From positions 5,068 to 69,067 of the forward strand of contig DATBIX010000036.1 of assembly GCA_036556665.1 (NCBI GenBank): 64,000 bases of DNA. Reading direction: 5' to 3'. The stretch is from Acidimicrobiia bacterium. GTDB taxonomy: Bacteria > Actinomycetota > Acidimicrobiia > Spongiisociales > ZC4RG35. Made by a program: the position numbers and the translations under genes. Shown piece by piece: positions 9,364 to 18,325 of the stretch. The notes below the pieces were generated by a model. It saw only the letters and a program-made list of their open reading frames with translations. It made no database searches and was not told the DNA's origin. The first letter of the stretch is position 1; the number at the start of each line of letters is the position of its first letter.

Positions 9364-10587
9364 ATGACATCCGACCAGACTCCCATCTTCCCCCCTTCGG
9401 AATCCTCCAGTGCGGGAGGCTCGTCCCCCGACGAGACGCTCGCGCCGGTGCTCACCGAGGACGAGCCTTCCCCGATCGATGCCGGGCAGGCGCCGACGCC
9501 GCCCCCGGCCGCCGCCCCGCCGGCGCCGGCTGCTCCCGCTGCACCCCCGTCGAGAAAGGGTTGGCCCCTCTGGGCGATCCTGCTGGTCGCCCTCGCCCTG
9601 ATCGCAGTCACAGCCGGTGTCACCTATCTGGTGACCGCTGATCGACCGGCTGCCGACACCACAGCCGAGGGGGGCGAGTCGGCTCAGGCCGCCTCGCCTG
9701 CAGACGACGTCGTTCCCGGTGAGGAGCCGATCGCAGACGTGGCCGAGCTCATCCTCCCATCTGTCGTCCAGATCCAGACCAACGGCGGGGTCGGCTCCGG
9801 GGTCATCTACGACTCCGATGGGTTGATTCTCACTGCCGCCCACGTCGTGTCGGGAAGTGACACCGTGACGGTCCGCTTCAACGACGGTGAGGAGGTCGAA
9901 GGGACGGTCCTCGGTGGGACCTCGGGGGCGGATGTGGCCGTGGTCGAAGTGGACCGGACGGGTCTCGTCGCGGCCGACCTCGCGCTCGACGATGAGCTGC
10001 GGGTCGGGCAGATGGCGGTGGCCGTGGGCAGCCCGTGGGGCCTGCAGGGCACTGTCACTGCCGGAATCATCTCGGCGGTGGACCAGTCCATTCCTTCGGG
10101 CACCTCTGCCCGGTCGGTGATCCAAACCGACGCCGCGATCAACCCGGGCAACTCCGGTGGTCCGCTCGTCGACAGAGAGGGGCGAGTGCTCGGGATCAAC
10201 GTCTCGATATTCAGCCTCTCGGGCGCTAACGACGGTGTCGGCTTCGCCGTCCCGATCGATGTCGCCCACGACATCGCCGAGCGGGTGGTCTCGGGCGAGT
10301 CGATCGAGACTGCCTTTCTCGGTGTCATGGGCGATGACGCCCAATCCGGCCAGGCAGGAGCGGTGATCACCGAGGTCACGCCCGACAGCGCCGCCGATGA
10401 GGCGGGCCTCGAGGTGGGCGACCTGGTGGTGTCCCTCGACGGCGTGCCGGTTCAGGGCATCGTCGACCTGGCCGCCCAGGTGCAGTCCCACAGTCCCGGC
10501 TCCACCGTCGACGTCGTCGTCGTCAGGGACGGCCAGGAGCAGACGATCACGGTGACCCTCGGAGAGAGGTCGGACGGCCTCGAGTAG
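9364..10587 (+). CDS. HtrA/PepD-like S1C serine protease with C-terminal PDZ domain
   Basis: Catalytic triad context TAAHVV, D..VV, GNSGGPL. Pro/Ala-rich linker plus a TM helix (WAILLVALALIAVTAGV). PDZ-like C-terminus. ATG at 9364 chosen; the track ORF starts at 9265 and overlaps the kinase. Confidence 0.88.
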   Translation: MTSDQTPIFPPSESSSAGGSSPDETLAPVLTEDEPSPIDAGQAPTPPPAAAPPAPAAPAAPPSRKGWPLWAILLVALALIAVTAGVTYLVTADRPAADTTAEGGESAQAASPADDVVPGEEPIADVAELILPSVVQIQTNGGVGSGVIYDSDGLILTAAHVVSGSDTVTVRFNDGEEVEGTVLGGTSGADVAVVEVDRTGLVAADLALDDELRVGQMAVAVGSPWGLQGTVTAGIISAVDQSIPSGTSARSVIQTDAAINPGNSGGPLVDREGRVLGINVSIFSLSGANDGVGFAVPIDVAHDIAERVVSGESIETAFLGVMGDDAQSGQAGAVITEVTPDSAADEAGLEVGDLVVSLDGVPVQGIVDLAAQVQSHSPGSTVDVVVVRDGQEQTITVTLGERSDGLE

Positions 10588-10595
10588 ATCCGTCG

Positions 10596-10821
10596 TGGTG
10601 GGCCTGGCTATCCTGGCCGGGCCCACCGTTGACCCGGAGGGTGCCTCGGAGGCAGCGAAGCCGGTTGGATCCCGGTGCTGTCCCGCAACTGTGAAGCCCC
10701 TCTAGGGGGACGAGCCAGGTCGCCTGAGCTCCGGGGCCACGACGAAAGTCTCGGATGAAGACGGAAGCGTGGGCTCAGGGAAGCCACCGGCCTCTTCATC
10801 CTCCGATACGGAGGATGTTTT
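10596..10821 (+). promoter_or_regulatory. cobalamin (B12) riboswitch with SD-sequestering/terminator hairpin
   Basis: Core GAAGCCGGTTGGATCCCGGTGCTGTCCCGCAACTGTGAAG at 10658..10697. B12-box-like GAGCCAGGTCGCCTGAGC at 10712..10729. Expression-platform hairpin CATCCTCC-GATAC-GGAGGATG (10797..10817) followed by TTTT; it contains the GGAGGA SD for the ATG at 10825. Confidence 0.8.
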
Positions 10822-10824
10822 CGT

Positions 10825-11790
10825 ATGAGAAGGATCGCGATCCTCGCGGCGCTGCTCATCGCCCTCGGCGCCTGCGCCACGAGCGAAGGTGGGTCGACCA
10901 CCACGGGCGGCCCGACGACCGAACCGGCCGAAGCCACCACTACCGCCGGCCCCACCACCACGGCCGACACCGGGTTCCCGGTCACGGTCTCCGATGGAGT
11001 CAACGAGGTCACCCTGGCGACGAGACCCGAGAGCATCGTCTCTCTCTCATCGACTGCCACCGAGATGTTGTTCGCCGTCGGCGCCGGGGAGCAGGTTGTC
11101 GCCGTCGACGAGTTCTCGACCGTGCCCGACGGTGCCCCAGTCACCGACCTGTCCGGGTTTACCCCGAATCTGGAGGCGATACTCGGCTACGAACCGGACC
11201 TGGTCGTCATCTCCTTCGATCCCGGTGATCTCCAGGCCGGACTGGCCGCGGTGGATGTGCCCAGCCTTTTGCTTCCGACCGCGACCGACCTCGAGGACTC
11301 GTACCGGCAACTCGAAGTGATCGGCGCCGCCACCGGCCACGTCGGCGAGGCGGCCGAGGTGGTGGCGAACATGCAGTCCGACATCGAGGCGATCCTCGCG
11401 TCTGCCACCCCGGCCGAGGGGGTCACCTTCTACCACGAAGTCGACCCGACCTTCTACTCCGCCACCTCGGCCAGCTTCATCGGCCAGATGTACGGGTTGC
11501 TCGGGATGGTCAACATCGCCGACGAGGCCGACGACGGGACCGGATTTCCCCAGCTCTCGTCCGAGTACATCGTGAGCCAGGACCCCAACATCATCTTCTT
11601 GGCCGACGTCGACTTCGGGGTCGCCCCGGAGAGCCTGGCCGAGCGGCCGGGCTGGGACGGGATGACCGCCGTGCAGAACCAGGCGATCGTGGGCCTCGAC
11701 TCCTATCTGGCCTCGAACTGGGGCCCGAGCGTGGTGGACCTGCTCGAGACGATCGCCGACTCGGCGGCGGAGATGGCCCCCGCCTCTTGA
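10825..11790 (+). CDS. ABC transporter substrate-binding lipoprotein (BtuF/iron-siderophore PBP family)
   Basis: Lipobox LIALGAC followed by a Thr/Gly/Pro linker. Periplasmic-binding-protein-type body. It sits directly behind the B12 riboswitch. Confidence 0.85.
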   Translation: MRRIAILAALLIALGACATSEGGSTTTGGPTTEPAEATTTAGPTTTADTGFPVTVSDGVNEVTLATRPESIVSLSSTATEMLFAVGAGEQVVAVDEFSTVPDGAPVTDLSGFTPNLEAILGYEPDLVVISFDPGDLQAGLAAVDVPSLLLPTATDLEDSYRQLEVIGAATGHVGEAAEVVANMQSDIEAILASATPAEGVTFYHEVDPTFYSATSASFIGQMYGLLGMVNIADEADDGTGFPQLSSEYIVSQDPNIIFLADVDFGVAPESLAERPGWDGMTAVQNQAIVGLDSYLASNWGPSVVDLLETIADSAAEMAPAS

Positions 11791-12830
11791 TCGGGTCCGA
11801 GCCGACCACGGAGGTCGCCCCGGCCCGGATCGGCCGGAAGAGGTGGCTCGTCGCCACTGGTGTCTTGTTGGTCTCGACAGGCCTTGCCCTGCTGGTGGGC
11901 TCGGTGTCGATCGACCCGGTCGGAATCGGTCGAGCGCTTCTCGATCGCATTCCCTTCGTCGACGTCTCCTCGGGTCTCAGCGACGTCGAGACCCGGCTCC
12001 TGTTCGAGATCCGGCTGCCCAGGGTCGTGATGGGTGGGCTGGTCGGAGCTGTCCTGGCCGTCGCCGGAGCCGGTTACCAGGGCGTGTTCCGAAACCCCCT
12101 GGCCGACCCCTATCTCCTCGGGGTGGCGGCGGGGGCGGGCCTGGGCGCAACCCTGATCATCGGCATAGGGGCAGGGTCGGTGCTGGTCCCTCCCATCGCC
12201 TTTCTCGGCGGGATGGTCGCCGTCGGGTCCACCTATCTGCTCAGCAGGACGGTTGGGGGCCGGACGACCACGTCGCTGATCCTGGCCGGGGTGGCGGTGG
12301 CCGCCTTCGCCACCGCGGTGCAGACCTACCTCCTGCAAAGGAGCTACGACACCCTGCGTGAGGTGTACTCCTGGATCCTGGGCAGGCTCGTCACCGTCGG
12401 CTGGGGCGAGGTGTTGACCCTGGCTGCATACGCCTCGGTGGCCCTGACCGCCCTGGTGCTGCTTCGCCGGCTTCTCGACGTTCTCGGTCTCGGCGACGAG
12501 GAGGCATCGGCGCTCGGAGTCGAGGTCCTCAAGGTGAGGCGGGCGGTGGTCGTCTCCGCCACACTGGCGACCGCAGCCGCGGTGAGCGTCAGCGGGCTGA
12601 TCGGCTTTGTCGGGATCATCGTCCCTCACACCATCAGGCTGATCACGGGGTGGAGCTACCGGGTGATCATCCCTCTTTCGCTCGTATACGGGGCAGCCTT
12701 CCTCATCCTGGCCGATCTCGGGGCGCGCACGCTGGTGGCGCCGGCCGAGCTTCCGATCGGGGTGGTCACGGCAGCCCTCGGAGCGCCGTTCTTCCTCGTG
12801 GTGCTCAGGAACATGCGGGGCAGCTCGTGA
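11787..12830 (+). CDS. FecCD/BtuC-family ABC permease
   Basis: About 9-10 TM helices. Motifs LPRVVMGGLVGA.LAVAGA.YQG.FRNPLADPYLLG and IVPH..R typical of FecCD. The TTG start overlaps the upstream stop (TTGA). Confidence 0.88.
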   Translation: MIGSEPTTEVAPARIGRKRWLVATGVLLVSTGLALLVGSVSIDPVGIGRALLDRIPFVDVSSGLSDVETRLLFEIRLPRVVMGGLVGAVLAVAGAGYQGVFRNPLADPYLLGVAAGAGLGATLIIGIGAGSVLVPPIAFLGGMVAVGSTYLLSRTVGGRTTTSLILAGVAVAAFATAVQTYLLQRSYDTLREVYSWILGRLVTVGWGEVLTLAAYASVALTALVLLRRLLDVLGLGDEEASALGVEVLKVRRAVVVSATLATAAAVSVSGLIGFVGIIVPHTIRLITGWSYRVIIPLSLVYGAAFLILADLGARTLVAPAELPIGVVTAALGAPFFLVVLRNMRGSS

Positions 12831-13582
12831 TTGCCTGGCAGGAGGTAGAGGTCGCCTTCGCCGGGGTCACCGTCGTCGGCCCGATCAGCTTCAGGGTCGC
12901 CGACGGCGAGTGGGTCGCCCTCATCGGGCCCAACGGGGCGGGGAAGTCGACCCTGCTCAAGACGGCCCTCGGAATCGTCCCCCATGGCGGTTCGGTCGAT
13001 GTAGGGGGGAGGTCTCCCCGGCCGGGGATCGACATTGCGTGGATGCCGCAGCGCCCCCATCTGCCCGACGAGATGAATGTCGCCAACTATGTGCTGCTGG
13101 GGCGGACCCCCCACCTGGGGTATCTCGGCGCAGAAGGAGGGCACGATCTCGCCTCGGTGGAGCGCTCTGTCGCCCGGCTGGGACTGACCGAGCTGACCGA
13201 TCGGCCCCTGTCCACGCTCTCGGGGGGAGAGGCGCAGCGCGCCGTGTTGGCCCGTGCCCTGGCCCAGGAGTCACCCGTATTGCTGTTGGACGAGCCGACC
13301 TCGAGTCTCGACGTGGGGCATGCTCTCGAGGTGCTGGAGATCATCGACGAGCTGCGGCGACAGGGCGGCCTGACCGTGGTCACCGCCCTCCACGACCTCA
13401 ACCTGGGGGGCCGGTTCGCAGATCGACTGGTACTGCTCACTGCGGGACGTATCGCCGCCGAGGGGCTCCCGGCCGAGGTGCTGACCGAGGAGATCCTGGT
13501 GCGGAGCTACGGTGCGGGAATTCGCGTCGAATCGAACGGGGACGGGCCGACAGTGATCCCGACCAGGAGGCGTCGTGACTGA
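12827..13582 (+). CDS. ABC transporter ATP-binding protein (BtuD/FepC type)
   Basis: Walker A GPNGAGKST, signature LSGGEAQR, Walker B LLLDEPTSSLD. The GTG start overlaps the upstream stop (GTGA). The track ORF 12650.. is over-extended. Confidence 0.9.
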   Translation: MIAWQEVEVAFAGVTVVGPISFRVADGEWVALIGPNGAGKSTLLKTALGIVPHGGSVDVGGRSPRPGIDIAWMPQRPHLPDEMNVANYVLLGRTPHLGYLGAEGGHDLASVERSVARLGLTELTDRPLSTLSGGEAQRAVLARALAQESPVLLLDEPTSSLDVGHALEVLEIIDELRRQGGLTVVTALHDLNLGGRFADRLVLLTAGRIAAEGLPAEVLTEEILVRSYGAGIRVESNGDGPTVIPTRRRRD

Positions 13583-14144
13583 CCGTGCCGAACCACCGAC
13601 CGAGCCCCCTGCCCCGGCCCAGCATCGCGCCTCGTCCCTGGTGTTGGTGAACACCGGCGACGGGAAGGGGAAGTCGACCGCGGCCTTCGGCACGGCCATG
13701 CGGGCGGTGGCACGAGGCTGGAGGGTGGGAGTGGTCCAGTTCCTCAAGTCAGGCGAGTGGAGTGTCGGCGAGGAGAAGATCGGCCGCCGGCTGGGCATCG
13801 ATTGGTGGGCGCTCGGTGACGGCTTCACCTGGGACTCGGAGAACATGGAGGAGACCGAGGCGGTCGCCCGGTCGGCCTGGCAGCAAGCCGAGCACCGGAT
13901 CAGATCGGGGGACTACGACCTGCTCATACTCGACGAGGTGACCTATCCGATCAACTGGGGATGGATCGACCTGGAGGACGTGGTCCGAGCCATCGAGGAG
14001 AGGCCCGAAGGCCTCAACCTGATCATCACCGGCCGGGACGCCCCGGCCGCCCTGGTCGCGATCGCCGACACCGTCACCGAGATGCGCAAGGTCAAACACG
14101 CCTTCGACAATGGAACCATGGCGCGACGGGGCATCGACTACTGA
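13575..14144 (+). CDS. cobO: cob(I)yrinic acid a,c-diamide adenosyltransferase (CobO/BtuR type)
   Basis: Motifs NTGDGKGKSTAAFG, VVQFLK, LLILDEVTYPI and ITGR.AP..L...AD.VTEM..VKH. Confidence 0.88.
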   Translation: MTDRAEPPTEPPAPAQHRASSLVLVNTGDGKGKSTAAFGTAMRAVARGWRVGVVQFLKSGEWSVGEEKIGRRLGIDWWALGDGFTWDSENMEETEAVARSAWQQAEHRIRSGDYDLLILDEVTYPINWGWIDLEDVVRAIEERPEGLNLIITGRDAPAALVAIADTVTEMRKVKHAFDNGTMARRGIDY

Positions 14145-14157
14145 TCCCTTGATCGTC

Positions 14158-17100
14158 CTAGCGTTCGGCCTGTAACAACTCGATCGCGCGCTCGACGCCC
14201 ATCGACTCGCCTTCCACTGTGGCATGGGCGAAGTCAGGGCCACCGAGCGCGTCGCGAGTGGCTGCGACCACGGCGGCGTAGTCGTGCTCCTCGGGCGGAG
14301 GCCAGATCGCCACTCGGTGCTCGGAGGCCACCCAGTCGGCCAACCCGAACAAGCGGGCCGCCAACTGGTCTCTGCCTATGTCATGGGCACCCACCGCCAG
14401 GCTGCCCAGGGCTATCGCCACTCCCCTCATGTCCGCGGCAGCGTCACACAGGACAAGGCTCTCCACGAGGCAGGCCTTGGCTCGGTCGAGTTGACCTTGT
14501 CTGTGGGCGGTCTTCCCCATGTGGTACAGGTACTCACCCAGAGCGGCGCGTGGCCCAGCGTTGCTATCGACCCACGCCGCCCGGTCCCGGTTCTCGGCGA
14601 CGATGTCCTGCAACTCTGCTGTGGTCGGGTTGCTCTGGATCATCGTCTTGAGCTCGAACAGGTTGTTGGCCGCCTCCTCGTAGAGGGTGAACTCCTCCAG
14701 CACGGAGCGATAGAGCTCGATGGCGAAGTCGTGGTCACCTGCAAGCCACGCCAGTGCACCCAGACCGGCGTCGGCGTGAGCCAGACCGAGCGTGTCCCCG
14801 GCGATGACGAGCAGATCGCGGCCTTCGGTGTAGCGGTTCGTGGCCTCCTCGTAGTTGCCCTCATCGCGGGCCAGGGCCCCGAGGCGCAGCGCGGACCAGC
14901 CGAGGTCGAGAACACCACCATGGTCGAGGAAGATCTGATGGCTCTCGGTCATCCGCTCTCGGGCAGTGATGAGGTCGCCCTCCAGCCTGTCCATCGTCCC
15001 CCACACTGCCAGGGTCCAGGCGAGCATCCAGCTGTCACCGACCTCTCGATTGATGCTCTCGGCATCCCCGGCAAGACGCCTCGCCTCGACCAGATCGTCG
15101 CGCAGCCAGGCCAGGGCCATCAGTTGATAGACCTGGCGAGCCTCGCTGTGACGGTCACCGAGCTTGCGGTACAGCTCCAGGGCCTCGGTCAGCATCTGGT
15201 AGGCATGGTCGAAGGCCAGTCGGCGCGAAGCGAGGAGACCGGCGCCATTCAGGGCCCGGGCGACGATCGATGGGTCTACCCCCTCGCGGTGGGACAGGGT
15301 GCGCTCCAGCCACTCGCTGCCGTCGCTCACCTCTCGCTTTATCACCCAGAACCAGCGCAAGGCGCCGGCCATGGCCATGGCCTCCTCGTGCCGGCCCGAG
15401 CCGTGCAGCCAGTCGAGGGCGGCGCGCAGGTTGTAGCGCTCCCTCTCCAGTCGGTCGGCCCAGACGTTCTGGTGGATCCCCAGGATCTCCCGATCGCCCG
15501 CCTCGGCCAGTTCCAGGAAGAAGGCTGCATGCCTCTCTCTCAACGCCTCCATCTCATCGCCCTCGTCGAGCCGCATCCGGGCGTAGTGGCCGATCGGCTC
15601 GAGCAGCCGGTATCGGGCCGGCTCCGACTCGGCCGGCATGACCAGAGATGTCTCGACCAGTCGGCCGAGGAGATTCATGACGTGATCGCGTGAGACCAAA
15701 CCACCAGAGCACACCGCCTCGGCCGCCTCGAGCGAGAAACCGCCGCTGAACACGGAGAGGCGGGTGAACAGGGTGCGCTCCGCCCCGCCCAGGAAGTCGT
15801 AGCTCCAGTCGAGGGTTGTCTCCAGCGTCTGCTGATGGGGGGGAAGGTCCCGGGCCGTCCCGGCGAGGAGGGCGAACTGCTGATCGAGCCGCTCCACCAG
15901 TTGACCGACCGAGAGCACCTTGAGTCTCGCCGCCGCCAACTCGATCGCCAGCGGGATCCCGTCGAGTCTTCGGCACACCTCTGCCACCTGATCGAGATTC
16001 GATGGCCCGAGCTCGAAGCCGGGCTGGACCAGCTTGGCCCTGGCGACGAACAGGGCGACCGAATCGTATGAGCCGATTTCGGCGATCGACCTCACCTCCC
16101 GCCCCGGCACGGCGAGCGGAGCGATCTGCACCAGATGCTCCTCCCTGATCGAGAGCCACTCCCGGCTGGTGGCCAGGATCTTCAACTCGGCCGTACCCTG
16201 CAGGAGCAGGTCGGTGAGCTTGGCCACGGCATCGATCAGATGCTCGCAACCGTCCAGGATGAGCAGGGAGCGCGCTTTGGCGAGACGCGAGATGAGGGTG
16301 TCGGTGATCGACTGCAGTGGGTTTTCGGTGATGTGGAGCTGCCGGGCTATGGCGCCCGCCACCAGCCCTTCCTCCGACACCCGGGACATCTCGACGAGCC
16401 AGACACCGTCGTCGAACTCAGACGAGACCTCCTCGGCCACCTTCAGGGCGACAGTGGTCTTTCCCACGCCTCCCGGCCCGGTGAGGGTGACTAGACGCGA
16501 CTCGGCCAGCGCGGCGATCACTGCCTCCTTCTCTGATGCACGGCCGACCAGGGTGAGATCCCTTATCGGGAGGTTCCCCCTCGATGCGGTGAGAGTTCGC
16601 AGGGGGGGGAACTCGTGCGGCAGACCCGTGACATTCAGTTGGAAGATGTGCTCCTCATTGGTCAGGTCGCGCAACTTGTGGGTGCCCAGGTCCTCCAGCC
16701 TGGTGTCTGGGGGCAGCGAATACTCGGTGAGCCGGGCAGTGGCCTCGGAGAGGAGTATCTGCCCCCCGTGGCCACAGTCCCCGATCCTCGCGGCGCGATG
16801 GACGTCGATCCCGACGTAGTCGGATCCTCCCAGCTTCCCCTCGCCGGTGTGGACGCCGATCCTGACCCGTACCGGAGGCGCCTGGCCCCAGGAGGCGCCG
16901 TCCAGCCTCACCTGTATGTCGACCGCACATGCGACTGCGTCCACCGCCGATTGGAACGCGACGAAGAAACCATCTCCCTCGTTCTTGACGACTCGGCCCC
17001 TGTGAGCTTCAGATGACTCGTGGATCACCTGGTTGTGGAGCTCGAGCATCGGGCGAAAGGCGTCGCCGAGCTCCTGGAGCATCCTCGTCGACCCCTCGAT

Positions 17101-17172
17101 GTCGGAGAAGAGGAAGCTAACCGTCCCTACCGGCAGGTCCCTTGCTGTCATCGCGGGAACCCAAGTTACCAA
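14158..17172 (-). CDS. cyclase-homology domain / NB-ARC-type STAND ATPase / TPR-repeat protein (no HTH)
   Basis: N-terminal class III cyclase motifs VSFLFSDIEGST, NEGDGFFVAF, RIGVHTGE, GIDVHRAARIGD..HGGQILLS. Walker A GPGGVGKTT, Walker B-like LLILDGCEH. About 550 aa of TPR-like helical repeats. The start may instead be the ATG at 17151 (MTARDLPVG). Confidence 0.85.
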   Translation of the reverse strand: MVTWVPAMTARDLPVGTVSFLFSDIEGSTRMLQELGDAFRPMLELHNQVIHESSEAHRGRVVKNEGDGFFVAFQSAVDAVACAVDIQVRLDGASWGQAPPVRVRIGVHTGEGKLGGSDYVGIDVHRAARIGDCGHGGQILLSEATARLTEYSLPPDTRLEDLGTHKLRDLTNEEHIFQLNVTGLPHEFPPLRTLTASRGNLPIRDLTLVGRASEKEAVIAALAESRLVTLTGPGGVGKTTVALKVAEEVSSEFDDGVWLVEMSRVSEEGLVAGAIARQLHITENPLQSITDTLISRLAKARSLLILDGCEHLIDAVAKLTDLLLQGTAELKILATSREWLSIREEHLVQIAPLAVPGREVRSIAEIGSYDSVALFVARAKLVQPGFELGPSNLDQVAEVCRRLDGIPLAIELAAARLKVLSVGQLVERLDQQFALLAGTARDLPPHQQTLETTLDWSYDFLGGAERTLFTRLSVFSGGFSLEAAEAVCSGGLVSRDHVMNLLGRLVETSLVMPAESEPARYRLLEPIGHYARMRLDEGDEMEALRERHAAFFLELAEAGDREILGIHQNVWADRLERERYNLRAALDWLHGSGRHEEAMAMAGALRWFWVIKREVSDGSEWLERTLSHREGVDPSIVARALNGAGLLASRRLAFDHAYQMLTEALELYRKLGDRHSEARQVYQLMALAWLRDDLVEARRLAGDAESINREVGDSWMLAWTLAVWGTMDRLEGDLITARERMTESHQIFLDHGGVLDLGWSALRLGALARDEGNYEEATNRYTEGRDLLVIAGDTLGLAHADAGLGALAWLAGDHDFAIELYRSVLEEFTLYEEAANNLFELKTMIQSNPTTAELQDIVAENRDRAAWVDSNAGPRAALGEYLYHMGKTAHRQGQLDRAKACLVESLVLCDAAADMRGVAIALGSLAVGAHDIGRDQLAARLFGLADWVASEHRVAIWPPPEEHDYAAVVAATRDALGGPDFAHATVEGESMGVERAIELLQAER

Positions 17173-17205
17173 CGCGATGGGCCAAGTCCCCCTCCCGGGT
17201 GGGCC

Positions 17206-18252
17206 TCAGACTCGGCGGGATGAGGCCAGTCGGAACAATGCCCTGGCTCCCTCGCCCAGCGCCTCGAACCTCCGGTCCCGGGTCTGTCCCCGGGCCCATC
17301 TGATGTAGATCTGCTGCAGGACGATTGCCAGCTTCCAGGTCCCGAACACGACGTACCAGCCGGCGTCGGTGAGGTCACGTCCGGTGCTCTCCGAATAGAG
17401 CTCGAGAGCGGCTGCCCGGTCCATCCAACCGGGGGCGGTTGTCGGCATCGGCGCAAGCACCGACCTCTCCTCTCCCGGGTCGTACCAGGAGGCCATGAGC
17501 GTCCCGACGTCGGCCAGTGGGTCCCCCCTGGTCGCCATGTCCCAGTCGTACACCGCAACGCACAGTCCGGGATCGGTCGGGGAGACGGCCATGTTGTCGA
17601 GGCGCCAGTCATTGTGGATGAGGGTCGGCGCCCCCGACTCGGGGAGGTGCTCCCGAAGCCATCGGGCAACCTCGTCGGCGACCGGGTTGTCCTCGTGTTT
17701 CGCCTGCTCCCACCGTTTCGACCATCCCTCGACCTGACGGTGGAGAAAGCCCTCGGGATGTCCGAAATCGCCCAGGCCGCAATGGGACGGGTCCACCGTA
17801 TGGAGCTCGGCGAGGGTCTCGATCACCACGCTCGAGATCGCTCTGTTGCGCACCGGGTCGAGGCCACCACCGAACTGGTCCGGGATGCGGTCTCTGATCA
17901 CGACGCCCTGTCTCCGCTCCATGAGCAGGAAGGGGGCGCCGATGACATCGGCGCCCTCGCAGTAGGCGACGGCCCTGGGCGCCTTGTCGAACGCCTCCCA
18001 GAGGCGGGACAGGACCGTGTACTCGCGGGCCATGTCGTGCGAGCTGTCCGCCACCGGCCCCAGTGGAGGCCGTCTCAGCACCAGCTCCTCTCCGGAGGGA
18101 AAGACGAGCAGATAGGTCAGGTTTGCCTTGCCACCGGCAAACTGCCTCACCCGGGGGCGCCCCGAAGGCAACCCGGCCTGTGCCGAGATCCATCCGGTCA
18201 GTGGCTCGATGTCGAGCACCTCGTCGGGTCTGACCTCGATCAGCTCGTCCAC
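17206..18252 (-). CDS. phosphotransferase family protein (APH/choline-kinase fold)
   Basis: Brenner motif LIHNDWRLDN and metal-binding motif VYDWDMAT. Nucleotide-binding N-lobe FAGGKANLTYLL. Confidence 0.85.
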   Translation of the reverse strand: MDELIEVRPDEVLDIEPLTGWISAQAGLPSGRPRVRQFAGGKANLTYLLVFPSGEELVLRRPPLGPVADSSHDMAREYTVLSRLWEAFDKAPRAVAYCEGADVIGAPFLLMERRQGVVIRDRIPDQFGGGLDPVRNRAISSVVIETLAELHTVDPSHCGLGDFGHPEGFLHRQVEGWSKRWEQAKHEDNPVADEVARWLREHLPESGAPTLIHNDWRLDNMAVSPTDPGLCVAVYDWDMATRGDPLADVGTLMASWYDPGEERSVLAPMPTTAPGWMDRAAALELYSESTGRDLTDAGWYVVFGTWKLAIVLQQIYIRWARGQTRDRRFEALGEGARALFRLASSRRV

Positions 18253-18325
18253 GCATGCAGGCTATCCAGGAGGGAGCGCGGCGCCATCGGTCTACCCTCC
18301 TGCCCGACCGCCAGGGAGAGAATCG

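Noticed and set aside
9295-10626. 443-aa ORF on the minus strand, plus the 380-aa ORF 8481..9623
   Set aside because: Both are antisense to the well-supported htrA-like and histidine-kinase genes. Their translations are Arg/Gly/Pro/Asp-rich with no motif. Long antisense ORFs are expected in DNA this GC-rich.
14224-15693. 489-aa plus-strand ORF
   Set aside because: It lies antisense within the cyclase-STAND-TPR gene, whose own frame carries clear Walker and TPR motifs. The composition is junk-like.
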